A DNA stretch of 64,000 bases from Octopus bimaculoides (GCF_001194135.2 NC_068983.1:141620342-141684341), one strand, 5' to 3'. Numbered from the stretch's first letter, positions 1-12,464 are shown. The notes: a model not told the origin generated them from the sequence alone. Numbers and translations are program-made.

Positions 1-235
1 ATGAAAGACAGTGGGTGTGCGAAAGATATGAGATTGGGGAATAGGCTTAAAATGAATTGACACACAGATCAATGGATAGAGAGGCGTGCAAGTATTAGAC
101 AGAGTGGAGGGACAGAGAGTGAGAAAAAAGAAACGCTAATACAAGAGAATGACAGAGTAAAATAAAGGTAAAATAGAGTTTACGCAAGGGGAAGCTGAAA
201 ATGAGGGAAGGTGTGAGGGAAACGGGAAGAAAGTA

Positions 236-240
236 AGAGA

Positions 241-280
<40 letters not shown>
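236..280. repeat. (GA)n microsatellite in a purine-rich tract
   Basis: Seen directly. Confidence 0.95.
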
Positions 281-284
<4 letters not shown>

Positions 285-592
285 CAAACACACAGTGACA
301 GAGAGAGGGGTAAGCAAAGAAAGAGACAATACGAGGAGCGGAAATCTAAAAGTGAGAGAGATCGAGTAAAAGCAAAAGAGGAATTGATTAAAAAACAAGA
401 TGCCCGGTGAGTTTTTAACCTTGTAATTGTAAAAGTGGTGGGAGTGACTGCGAGAAATAGTTTCGAATTTAGCTGTACCGACCCTGTTTTATCTTGTGAT
501 TACGTCCTCCTTATATCAAAGGTTAGGCGGCTTACACGCTGCTGTAACTGTAATATGTGTATGCCTCTCTCTTTCCCTCTAAATATGCATAT

Positions 593-681
593 CCACGTCA
601 ATATATAAAGCAGTAGTTTGGCGTCGATTCGTTGCCAGAATATAGTTGACCTCTCCTAGTAAAAGATAGACGTAGGTAAGT
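593..681 (+). promoter_or_regulatory. Candidate TATA promoter and short non-coding first exon
   Basis: CCACGTCA at 593-600, TATATAAA at 602-609 and a consensus AG|GTAAGT donor at 676, in CpG-rich context. Confidence 0.4.
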
Positions 682-1172
682 AGAAACTACTGTTACCACA
701 TACATCGCTACCAGCAGCAGTAACATAGCTAAAATGTCTATCAACATTCGGAACTTTCGAAATATATTTGTATTCTCGACTGTTTCAACCGCTTTTAGAA
801 AAGGCATGAATGTCACAGCTCATTGCTTGCTTTCTTACTATTAAACAAAAATCGACAACATATTTCTTGTAGATTATAACACGTTCGGAATGACAATTCT
901 ATGAATTTCTCGAAACTTTATTCTCAGACTAACGAGATATCGTATTCTCTTCTTCAAGTTATTACACAAGTAACGAGAATTGGCTTGAACCGGGAATCGA
1001 AACCGGTCATTTCGGTTCGTCGATGTTCCTCCTTTCCATTCACTTCACAAGTTGCATTTTCACACTTATAATTTGTTCTCGTTTTATGTTCGTTTTTTTT
1101 TTTTTTTACATAGCGCAAGTGCTTTGATTTTTATTTAACTTTTCCATTTTTTGCTGAAGTCAGGGTCTTCGG

Positions 1173-1217
<45 letters not shown>

Positions 1218-1489
1218 GATATTTCTGACAATAATACACATAAATCCTTCCCGTCAGACTCTCGTAGCATGATTAAAAGAAAAATTAAATTGTAAATTGT
1301 CAGACCTTTCTATCAGCTAAAAATAAAAGAACAGTACTACCTATTTATACTAGCTGCAAGAATTTGATCCAACCTGCATTTTCAGGGGTCCCGTATAAAC
1401 TACCGGGATGAGCGATATCGAAAACGTTTAAACGAATTACAATAATCAAATTAGATAACAACAGCAGCAGATGGCCAGGCTTTATTTTT

Positions 1490-1603
1490 CTCAGAGGTTA
1501 ATTAATAAATACACTTGCTATCCTGTTTTGATGCATTAAATTCGTCCTCAGAGGTTAATTAATAAATACACTTGCTATCCTGTTTTGATGCATTAAATTC
1601 GTC
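1490..1603. repeat. Perfect 57-bp tandem duplication
   Basis: ctcagagg...attcgtc twice (1490-1546 and 1547-1603). Confidence 0.95.
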
Positions 1604-2791
1604 GTAGAATAATTACGTCTATTTATTTTTCTCATAAGATCGGCTGAATGTATCAGATTTTTATTAAAAGTCTAATATAACTACAGTACTAACCACCCTT
1701 CCCCACTCTATTAAACCCCGCTGCTCTGGGTTAATCTAATCCGATGTTCACTTTTTAGAAGAAGGACTGTTCCAAAGGCAAACTACCTTTATTTGTAACA
1801 ACTTGTCTGCTACCGGTATCACATAGTCACTTAACGAAATACCTTCATTAATAACCATTTAAGAAGCTGCGTCGATATATATATATATTTTTTTTTTGCA
1901 TCATTCTGATTTTTCACTTCAGTAACTCAGTATAAATTTTCATGTGTTCGGTCCATTAGTTCTATGTATTATAATCAAAGATTTTCCAGCCATGACCATT
2001 CCAACATGCTTTCATACATTGTGCTTCTAGAACTACATTATCTAATTTTTTGTTATTTTTTTTTTCTTTCTGCCTTGTTAGTTGATATGGTATGGTTGGG
2101 GGAGAGGAGATTTGGCTGCTATTTCTAGCGCATCGAGTGACTATGTAGGCAGGAATGTAGAACCCCTCGCTCATATTCAGATTTAAACATCTACTGACCA
2201 AATCTCTAAAACTCCTATTTGAGAAAAAAAAATTTCGATTGAAGCCTAAAAATTAAAACAGTAATTTGATATATTTGCATATCTATGAATTTGTAAAATG
2301 AGATTCATTATTTTTATCAGTATAGACGGGCTCTTGCAATTTTATCAGTACAGACGGGCTCTTGTGCACTTGCAATTTGCATTGGCACTAAAAAGTTTAC
2401 CCATCACTGATGTAGGGGCATCCTCACTGGTTCATATTGCTGCTGCTGCTGTAAATACCGAGTTCAAGCGAACTTTCAGCATCTCTTAAATTTGCGTCCT
2501 GACCCCAGAAAAATACATAATACACATCAAAAATAGCCCACCCACCAAAAAGAAAAAGAAAAATGACACCCGAAAGGACCAACACTGGTACTCTAAGATT
2601 CTCTTCCCATCTGCATTCCACATTCAGTAAACATTCGTTAATCCAAGGATTTGATTGCAACCGTACAAGTTACTGCGGGTTTCCAGTAATTAGGGTATAT
2701 ATTTAAGGAATATAAAAAGAATTACGATTGCATTATAGCAATCGATGTTTAACTCTATATCTAATCACTGAATCTTTTCTATTTTACTTAT

Positions 2792-2939
2792 AACCCTAAA
2801 ATACCTTTCATATGTACAACCCCTTATAAATCTAAATTCTCATTTTTCTGTTATAAATCAAATCTAAACCCTAAAATACCTTTCATATGTATAATCCCTT
2901 ATAAATCTAAATTCTTATTTCTATGTTATAAATCAATCT
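2792..2939. repeat. Diverged tandem duplication of about 74 bp
   Basis: aaccctaaaatacctttcatatg...ataaatca twice. Confidence 0.85.
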
Positions 2940-3721
2940 CTTATAGTTATTCATAGTTTCATACAAATTATGAGATCACAGGTGGCTGTATTGCAGTTAA
3001 CAAACCGCGCTGTCGGTATTTCTTGTACTGATACTGGTAGTTTTCGACGTTGTCCACCTAACTGAAAATAAATACCACCTATTATTATTTTGCTCGGTAC
3101 GATGTTCGATGTCTTTGATGGGTGGAATCGAACTTATCTGATATGCTAGATGCCGCTATTCTTATCAAGAAGTCAAGATTATCACCCATTGATGGATATT
3201 TCTGCTCGTGACCGGACTGATCTACTAAGGCAAGAAATATTGCTTAAAAATTAAGATTTTCAGTACATTCTGGAACAGATGTGCAAAATTGGTTCGCGGC
3301 ACAAGTTCCAACTTTTTTTAAGTATTAAACTGTCTACGATAGTGTGATACTTAAGATTTATCAAAACTTGGCCCCAAAAGGCCAAAAATGGAAAGCGCAG
3401 ATCTAAAACATGGTGTCGTTATTCACACATTTCTCATCCACTCCGAAGAATTTTTTCTTATTTCGTGATGCTAATGAATTTGTGTTGCAGCTATGTTCAG
3501 TGGAAATAAGACGTTTTAGTCATTTATTTATTTTAAACTTTTTCGTGTTCAACAAAACCTAAAATGCCAAATTGACAGAAAAGATTTTGCGCTGCAGATT
3601 TCACCGCACTGTTTGTGCAAATACGTGTCATCTGTACATTAATTACTTCGTGGTGATGCAGTGACTGATCATCTGACTAAAAGTACATTACAGAATTCTA
3701 ACTTCGTACCAGTTTTTTTTG

Positions 3722-3759
<38 letters not shown>

Positions 3760-4108
3760 CTAACTTCAAATCCCTCCGTAACCGGCTTTGAATATTTAAT
3801 TGCATTGCCGACATGTAGGGCCTCCGAGGAAACCAGACAACTTTCGAATCCAGGAGTTGGGGGGGGGGGGTCCCCCATAAATTCAAGTAAGCTATGTGTG
3901 AGTTTGGGGTTTTTCAATTTTCTTTTTTTTTTCTTCAGGAAGTAGACCTGTCAGATTTTCATGGGACTTTCTTTGGCTACCTGGACCCTGGACTAATTGA
4001 ACCTTTCTTTTATAAACTCTGACAGCATATGCAATACACCAGTCATATGTTGGTGTCGCTTTCATTAATGTTATAATACCACTGGGAATGGGAGACCCTT
4101 AACCTAAT

Positions 4109-4309
4109 ACTTTTACTCTTTTGTTTCAGTCATTTGACTGCGGCCATGCTGGACCACAGCCTTTAGCCGAACAAATTGACCCCAGAACTTATTTTTTGTA
4201 AGCCTAGTACTTTATCGGTCTCTTTGCCGAATCACTAAGTTACGGGGGGCGTAAACACACCAGCATCGGTTGTCAAGCGATGGTGCAGTGTATAAACACA
4301 GACACACAA

Positions 4310-4346
<37 letters not shown>

Positions 4347-4463
4347 CCATCTACCTAATCCACTCACAAGGCTTTGGTCGGCCCGATGCTATAGTAGAAG
4401 ACACTTGCCCAAGATGTCACGCAGTGGGACTGAACCCGGAACCATATAGTTGGTAAGCAAGCT
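4109..4463 (-). repeat. tRNA-derived SINE, family A
   Basis: Aligns by eye to the copy at 49691-50094, with an internal (CA)n tract and a (AAAGAGT)n-like tail. Confidence 0.85.
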
Positions 4464-6879
4464 ATTCGTGCTTTTTTTTTTTTTTTAGCCCCGGGTCGAG
4501 CATAAATACTCGCCCGTAATACTTCGTCTTTTTGTTTTTTCGAACAGTTTATTTAGAAGCGCATTATCCAATGTGCCTTTCTCTTTTTAAAGACAGCATT
4601 GTGATGATATGAGGCAGAGTTGACTATTATTTCTACTAGTTTTGAGTGACTGAGTAGAGAGGCTTCCTCGTTAGTATTAGTCGCAGTGGACAAAGGAGCA
4701 GACATTCCATGGGAGTCACTATAGTTACACATTCAGAGGAAGCCTTAGAAATAACCAGATCTTTTATATAAACAATATAATAGTTCCCCTAAAAGACGTC
4801 GAAGTTTAGTCTGTAACGGTGTGAGTTCCCATATTAGTTTGTAATTTTGTGAAGTTGATTTGTTATTTTGTGACGGTGTAAATTGCTGGAAAACGTTAGT
4901 GATTTTACAAGGAGACAAGTAATTAGATAGATTTGCATCTATACCTATTATCGGATTTTATTAGGTCCCCATATGGTAAAGATGTGGGTAGAGGGTGATG
5001 TTTTAGAAAGTAAACGACAATACAAATAACTACGCAGAAGCAGCCATGATTGAAACAAGAACAAGAAGTATTATTAAAAGAGAAAAGAAGCATGGTCATT
5101 CCTTACTCAAGTGACTTTATCTTATCGCCCATCACTTGTTATGCGCTCATAAATTAGTTTGATAGTGGAGCTCTGATTGGTTGTATGCAAATGACTTCAT
5201 AACTGGGGTCCGAAACTCTCGTGGGAAAAAAAATTTCGTGAGCGGCACAAGCTCCGGCTACGTCGCTATTCCAGACACAGACAGTCCAACATAAAAGGCG
5301 TTAAATGAATATGTGAAATAGAAATTTGGCGATAGTGCAATATGAATGAGAAAGAAATGGTAAATTATTTGGGCTAGAAAGTACGTCCAGTAAGTTCTTC
5401 AGTGTTAGGTTAACTCCGACCCAGCAAACTTATAATCAAAGGCATTCCAACTATAACTATCTTAGGCTTTTAGCGATATCTAAGACTAATCTAATGTGTC
5501 GTTCTCCCTTCTTTTTTTTTAAGATATATGTTTTGAGAAAGATTTTATGGTTATTTAAAGTAGGTCAAGAGACCGTATGGTAGGAGTGGTGACATAGTCA
5601 CGTATCGTTTCAAAGGAAGCACAAGTCAGTATTATAGGAACAGAGATGTTTCTACGATAGATACTGTATAAATGGTTTCGTGATTGTAGGTGTATCATAC
5701 AGTTGTGAGTGGGGTGAACATCGTCATAAATGTGGAATCGTGAACGCTGGCATAACTAAGCAATTAAGAAGTTCGCTTCGCAATCAAAAAATCTCGTGTT
5801 CGATTTCGTGGCGCAGCATATTCGGCAAGAGCCTTTTACCACAGACCCGGGTTGATTCAAGCCTTGTGTTTTAAACTGGGTAGACGAACTGGGTTGTGCT
5901 AATACAAAAAAAAAAAAAAAGATTTATCATTCGGATTCTGTCTGAGGAATATGTCATGAGTACAAATATAAATGGAATACTGAGCCATTTATGCAATATA
6001 ATTCAATGCGTTAAGTAGTTCAGTTGATCGACCATTTGGAATACTCATCGCTGAAATCGAAGGAGGTTCTTTTACTTGAGCTGTATGATCATTAATCCTT
6101 TGTTCATCAGTATAATATAAATTTCTTGTATAACTACAAGACCTGAAGCTGGAAAGGCAAAGAAGATACAGGAAAAGATTGGGAAAAGAGCTAAAAGAAG
6201 AAATAGGAATTAGAAATACAAGAGTATCTGGAACAACGAAAAGCATTAACTCAGAAGAAAAGAAATGAATTTAATGCGAATAACTGAGTTAAACGATGAC
6301 GAACGACGAAGCTAAAGCTAATAAGTAGTGGGGAATAAAAACTGTTAATCAAATGAGAAAGCAAAATATGAATGGTGATGATAGGCAAGAATATTATTTC
6401 AAACAAGAATGAAGAAACAGGCAAGAAGCGAAAACCAGACCAAAGAGAATATTCAAGATTTCCTAGAAATTAATCAAAGGATTATGAAGGAAATGACAGA
6501 ATATTACTACTGAGTAGGGAAATTGTTCATTGCTGGCACTATGCTACAAAATGGGCCGTTGAATTTCTACGGGCACTTCCGTTTATATTATTTTACTTGT
6601 CAGGGCGTGTATTCGAGTGTTACGCTTTCAACAACTTTATAGAATGAAATCAAAGATATAATGGACATTTTTAGCATAATGAAGCAAGTTCAAGCACTAC
6701 GCTTTCAATCGCTTTAACTATGGAGCGAAATGAAAGTAGTAAACATAATGAAACAATGTTATAAAGATCAACAAATTTATACGTCGAAACAGAACAAAGA
6801 GCATTTATAAAATGTGGAATTTCTGCTTGTCCCACAAGTATTTATCATCATCACAAGGAGAGTGGTGAATTGGCAGAAA

Positions 6880-7347
6880 TAATGTCTGACTGGATTGGCA
6901 GAATGGTTAGGGTGTCGGAAAAAATCCTCCACCATATTTGATTTGACTTTTTACGTTCTCCTTTCGGAGCTGATAAAATAAAATACTAGTCCAGATACAG
7001 GAGTCGACGTGATCGACTAACTCACACAACCTCGATGTTATTGTCCTTGTATCTATATTAGGAAGCATTAAACTTTGCAGTATTTAGTTTCGTCCTTTTA
7101 TCATACATTCCGAGTTCGACTCCAGCCAAAGTTGATATTTCATCCTTCTTTGGTACTAAAATAATGTATCTATCAACCACTCGTGGATGTGGATGGATTA
7201 ATATAATCGTCAGTATCTCTCCTTCCTCACCAAAAGTGTGTGGCTTTGTGCCTATATAAGAACTCGAACAAAATGCCTTGCTGTATGTCTTCCGACTCTT
7301 CGGTCTAACTTTGACTTTCATCCCTATGAAGTCGATAAATTAAAGTA
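6880..7347 (+). repeat. Degenerate tandem SINE copies (family B); the last copy is split by the mariner and resumes at 8600-8680
   Basis: Matches the window-internal consensus gagctggcagaa...ttcgagttc...tttcatcc...gtcgataaattaagTA|ccagtt on both sides of the mariner. Confidence 0.65.
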
Positions 7348-8597
7348 TCAGGTCATCCCATAAGTTCTGTCCAAATTTTGAATAAAGAAAACAAGTGATC
7401 AAATGTTATATTTCATTGAAATTTAATCATCAATGTACTTTCTCTGATTATCTAGGATTTCCTTCCATCAATTTATAAGCTTTTTAATCTCATCAATGTA
7501 AAACTCCTTTGGTTTCAAAGCGAAGAACGCTGAAATGTTAGTTTCGACCTCCTCCTGGCTTGCGAAAGTTATGTCCCCCAAATGATTCTGTAAACTACGA
7601 AACAAATGGTAGTGTGAAGGAGCAAACTCGAGAGAATAAGGTAAATGAGGAATTTTTTTCCAAATCAAGCTCTTCGATCTTCTGTGATGTGATCTTTGCA
7701 GTGTGGGGTCGCACATTGTCCTGATGAAACATCACTCTTTTTCGATTTACTAAAGCGGGCCTTTTTTTCTTCAAAGCTTGGTTCAAACGCTCTAATTGCT
7801 GACAGTAGACTTGAGCATTGATTGTTGCATTAGGTGGTAACAATTCAAAGTGAATTACTCCTTTTCAATCCCACCAGATAGAGAACCTTTTTTCTCATGA
7901 AGTTCCCTTCTCGATTGTGGTTGAGCTTTTTCCCTTTTCCCAAACCACTGTTTACGACGTTTAACATTTCGATAGATGATCCATTTTTCGTCACCAGTCA
8001 CAAGTTTATCCAAAAAGGGTGAAATGAATTCACGAGAATGGAGAGAAGAGCAGATGTCAACTAGGGATTTACGGTTGCTTTCGGGCAATTCATGAGGCAC
8101 CCATTTTCCAAGTTTAGGAACCTTTCCAAGTTGTTGAAGATGACGATGAACAGTTGTATGGTTTTAACTAAGCTTTATTGCCAATTCTTCAACTGATAAT
8201 GCAGGATTTTATTCAAGTAATGCCTCAAGGAGCTTATCATCAAACTCAACTGGACGTCCTGTTCGATCTTCATCTTCAAGGCTGAAATCTCCACTTCTGA
8301 ATTTTGCAAACCATCTTCTGCAAGTTCTTTCATTCAAGCATTATTTCCCATAAACTGAGTGTATGTTTCGAGTCGCTTCAGCTGCAGTTTCCTTTTTTGT
8401 ACTCATAAAGCATTATGTACCTTAAATACTCTTTGGATACTTCCATGCTAGAAAGGATTTTAATCAAAGAAATTTTGATTCTATTATTTTAATGCATAAA
8501 AATAATTTTTAATTCCATTAGACATTCTAAAATACAATTAAATTTCATTCTATTTTAAGAAAAGGTAAAATCGGACAGAACTTATGGGATGACCTGA
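7348..8597 (-). mobile_element. Full-length but inactive mariner (Tc1/mariner, DD34D) transposon
   Basis: Perfect 25-bp TIRs TCAGGTCATCCCATAAGTTCTGTCC (7348-7372 and 8573-8597) with TA target duplication; 1250 bp. The minus-strand transposase starts at the ATG at 8446, with WVPHEL, TGDEKW, HQDN and YSLEFAPSHY motifs broken by frameshifts and stops. Confidence 0.95.
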
Positions 8598-9224
8598 TAT
8601 CATCCAAGTACTGGGATTACAGTAGTCGACTAATCTTCTCCCCTCCAAATTTCTGTCACTGTATCTACGTAAGAAACTATATTGGGAAGAAAGAGGGCAC
8701 AGGATGACAAAATCGATGGAATGCTGGGATTGACTCTGCCTTCATTCTCTCCAAGTTATTCATCAAGCGCCATCAAATTCACTCGCCAGCATCTCTTGTT
8801 CTTGCAATGTTGTTATTTTGTATTAATTATCACTTGTTCTATTTAGCCCCAAATCAGACCATATCAAATGCACGAGGCGTCAGTGAAATTAAATAGCTTA
8901 AATGGGTTTCACATGCGCAATGCCGACACGGTTTTCCGACAGCTTACCACTATTAGGCAACATTTACATTCATATTAAATATACCAATCATAAAAGCATT
9001 TGTTCTTGCCCACGGGACACAAAGGCCTTAATTTGGCAGTAATGTTTAATGAGAAATATTGTTCGAATCTTTCTCAAAGACATTAACAAGAAAGTGAAGT
9101 ATATCGCAATTCCTTCGCCAGAATTGAAATCTCATCGATATCTGAACCGGCAACGTGCTCGACTCCATCTTTTAACAGTGCTCATAGTCAAAAATGTAAT
9201 TTATTTTTCCAAATAAGCGCATAC

Positions 9225-9590
9225 GTGGGTCTGTAGTAAGACGTTTACTTCCTAACCACATGGTTTCAGATTCAGTTCCACTGCGCGGCACCTCGGGTGA
9301 GTGTCTTCTACTATAGCTCTAAGGTCTTGAATGGATCTGGTAGACATGAACTGAAAAAAGCTCATCGCGTATGCGTGTGTCTTTTGTATCAGCCTCTAAT
9401 ACCACGTGTCAACCGTTGTTGTTTTGTTTACGCTCACCGTAACTTAGAGGTTCAGCTTAAAGGATCCGTTAGAATAAGTACCAGGCTTTATGAAAAAATA
9501 AGTACTGGGGTCGATTTATTCGACTAAAATCCCTTCAAAGCGGAAACCCCAGCATAGCCGCAGTTCAGTGACTGAAATGAGTAAGAATAA
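9225..9590 (+). repeat. SINE family A, degenerate
   Basis: Head ...aaccacatggtttcagattcagttccactgcg... and tail ...gttcagtgactgaaatgagtaagaataa. Confidence 0.75.
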
Positions 9591-10019
9591 ATGATGACAG
9601 ATATTGTTTTAAGCTAAAAAAATATACCACCTACATAAAACGCCAAGTCTTAGTGTCTTTATTACAGCAGAGAAGTTCATGAGATTTTTTTATTGTTTCA
9701 GTTTGTCACCTACATTTATTTATTTGACAATGAAAAGAAAGTGGGTGGGAGTGAAAAAGCCTTCTCGCCTTAAAAGAAAACAAATTACATAGAGAAAAAG
9801 AAGTTTTTTTACTTCATTTAAATTCCGAACTGCCCACAACTCAGTGTTTCCAGTTTGAAAACCATTATGTTATACAAATGCAAATCTATTTTATACAAAT
9901 TCAAAATAGTTTCGGAAAAGAAGCTATTTTTATCCTACAAGCTTGTAAGGAACGAAGAGATCATTTTCAAAACATCCCGTAGTAATTAATCCCGTGCTAA
10001 TAATCTTTTCTACTATAGG

Positions 10020-10203
10020 CACTAGCGTAGCTTAGGTGGGGGNNNNNNNNNNNNNNNNNNGGGGGGGGGGGTCCGTCCCGGGTGACACTTTTAAAGGGGC
10101 GGCACTTTTCATCATGCTGTAGGCAATATGTATTTTTTGTGGGGTATAGGAACGGCAAACGGAAGGACCGCTCCGGGCGGCACACACTCTAGTTACACTA
10201 ATA
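10020..10203. mobile_element. Longer member of the same MITE family
   Basis: Starts CACTAGCGTAGCT and ends gggcggcacacactctagttacacta, matching the reverse of 46311-46350; no target-site duplication recovered. Confidence 0.6.
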
Positions 10204-10870
10204 ATGGGCACAAGGCCTGAAATTTGAGGGAAGGTGACCAGACGATTACACCGACTATAGTACTTGACTAGTACTTATTTCATCGACCCTGAAAGGATGA
10301 AAGGTAAAGTTGCCCTCGGCGTAATTTGAACTCAGAACGTAAAGATGGACGAAATGCCGCAACGCATTTTCCTCGGCGTGTTAATCATTCTGCCAGTTCG
10401 CTGCCTTCCCGTGCTAACGGTGATAATTGTTTCAAATTTTGGTACAAGGCTAGAGGTTTTTAAGAGGTAAGGTTAGTCGAAACCATCGACTCTAGTACTT
10501 GACGTGCACTTTATTTTATCGACCCCCCGAAAGGATGAAAGACAAAATTGACCTGGCAGTGTTTGAACTCAGAATCTAAAATCATAAAAAAATGCCGATA
10601 AGTAATTTGTCCAACGTGGTAATAATTCTAACAGCTCGGTGCTCTCAAAATTAACCTCGACGAGGTTTGGATTGAGGGCGTAATCTTTATACCGCAGGGA
10701 ATTTCTTCCGGCGCGGTAACGATTCTGCCAGCTCGCCACCTTGATAATAATAATGATCTCATATTTTGGCATAAAGCCAGCAGTTTATAGGGAGGGAATA
10801 ATACTGCTAAGCATTCCGTCCAACGCGCTAATGATTCTGCCAGCTCGACGCCATCATCATCATCATCATC

Positions 10871-10903
<33 letters not shown>

Positions 10904-11304
10904 GTTTCAAATTTTGCCACAACGGCAGCAATTTTAGGGAGGGGATGTGTCGATTACATCGACCCCAGTGTTCAACTGGTACTTAATTTATCGACCCCGA
11001 AAGGATGAAAGGCAAAGTCGACCTCGGAGGAATTTGAACTCAGAACTGCTAAGCATTTCGCCCGGCGTGCTAACGATTCTGCTAGCTCGCCACCTTAATA
11101 ATGATAATAATGATTTCAAATTTTGGTGGGGGAGGAACTAAGTTGATTACATCGACCCTAGTGAGTAACTAGTACTTATTTTATCGACCCCGAAAGGATG
11201 AAAAGCAAAGTCGACCTTGATGGAATTTGAACTCAAAACGTAGAAACGGGTGAAATACCGGTAAGCTTTTCGTCCAGTACGCTAACGATTCTGCCAGCTC
11301 GCCG
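10201..11304 (-). repeat. Head-to-tail array of about 6 SINE family B copies separated by (AAT)n/(CAT)n
   Basis: Repeated ttctgccagctcgcc ends near 10405, 10640, 10740, 10853, 11094 and 11304. Confidence 0.85.
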
Positions 11305-11519
11305 AATAATAATAGTAATAATAATAATAATTGTCACTGACTCCTATTCATAAATGCAATAGACTTACGAAGAATAGGTCACAAAAAATATATATATGAA
11401 GATGTATAAAAATACCAAGTAATCAGAGCTGTTACCCAATATAATTTTAAAGTTACGTAAAATAATTAGATTATATAATAGCACTGATATAATTTCAAGA
11501 ATTATTTAAAAAAAGATGA

Positions 11520-12300
11520 AAAACGATTGTGCAACCCACTCACATATGGATAGGAGGCCTCCCACATCTCTGAGGCCCTTTCCCATGTACATGTAATGTT
11601 CTATTTTCGAGCGAATTGGATAACCTAGGACTGCTGATACAGCTTTTCTCGGTAATATATACCGTGTTTTCCTACCCTCCCCGCGTTTCTTTGCAAAATT
11701 TACACTTTCTTAAAGACGTTTTATTCTTGTATATCCTTCAAGGAGTCCACCAGTTCTTTGTTGGATGCTCTCATTATCGTAAATTTTATGATTTCCAAAG
11801 AGAAGGCGGCCTTCTTGACCTGGGGGGTCCCCAAAGGAGGCGTGAACTTCTCTTTGTTTTTCATGTTTTCTGTTTAAATCTGTTTTTTCGTTTGAGATAT
11901 TTTTGTTATTACTTTTTGTTTCTACTACCCCCGCCCCCAATATCTTTCTCCTCTTCATCGTTACAAGAGAACTGAATGGTCCTTCTGGTAGGAGTTAGTG
12001 ATCTCAGCTTCTTAGACCTCATCTTCTTAGTCACCTCTTGGCACAAGGTACGGGACCTTCTCTGCTGCTCTTCTGCCTTCGATAAACTTTGAGCAGAAAT
12101 CCCTAAAGCGGCTCTTAGTATCATACATGTAGCAGCTGGGTTTTCTGCATTGCAGCATCTTCATTCCTTTTCTTTCGGCACTTCCGATGGGGTACAGATC
12201 TAGAATCGCGTTATGGCATTTCAGGAATAATTAGGGCTTCTATATCCATATAGATCCCACCCGACTGCCTATCGTTCTTAGATATCTCAGCACTTACCAC
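11520..12300 (-). pseudogene. Decayed coding-like segment, possibly a non-LTR ORF1 remnant
   Basis: Overlapping 70-80 aa basic and low-complexity frames; HVHGKGPQRCGRPP weakly recalls the region preceding an ORF1 zinc knuckle. Confidence 0.25.
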
Positions 12301-12373
12301 CTGCTCGTATTGCACAACAAAGTGACAATCTGCCAAGGGACAACGTTACCACCACCAATATCCTCACTAGAAT

Positions 12374-12464
12374 CTCGTACCACAATACTTGGAGTATCCT
12401 CATCGTTACTCAATATCCTCATCGTTACCCTTGTGCTATCCCACTCCAAGTATTGTGGTACGAG
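12374..12464. repeat. Perfect 22-bp inverted repeat (hairpin)
   Basis: ctcgtaccacaatacttggagt (12374-12395) and actccaagtattgtggtacgag (12443-12464). Confidence 0.9.

Noticed and set aside
95-398. SLSLSL-rich ORFs, and YIYI/HTHT/NNNN ORFs elsewhere
   Set aside because: These are translations of microsatellites.
5342-5395. ATG plus nearby donors as the first coding exon
   Set aside because: The first donor (5360) is phase 0, and the frame hits TAG at 5375 before the GTAAGT at 5390.
6130-6500. Purine-rich, coiled-coil-like coding remnant
   Set aside because: No frame exceeds about 45 codons and there is no recognisable motif; composition alone explains it.
10201-11304. SINE family B as the non-autonomous partner of the HERO-like element at 62300-63590
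   Set aside because: I see no shared 3' sequence between the two.
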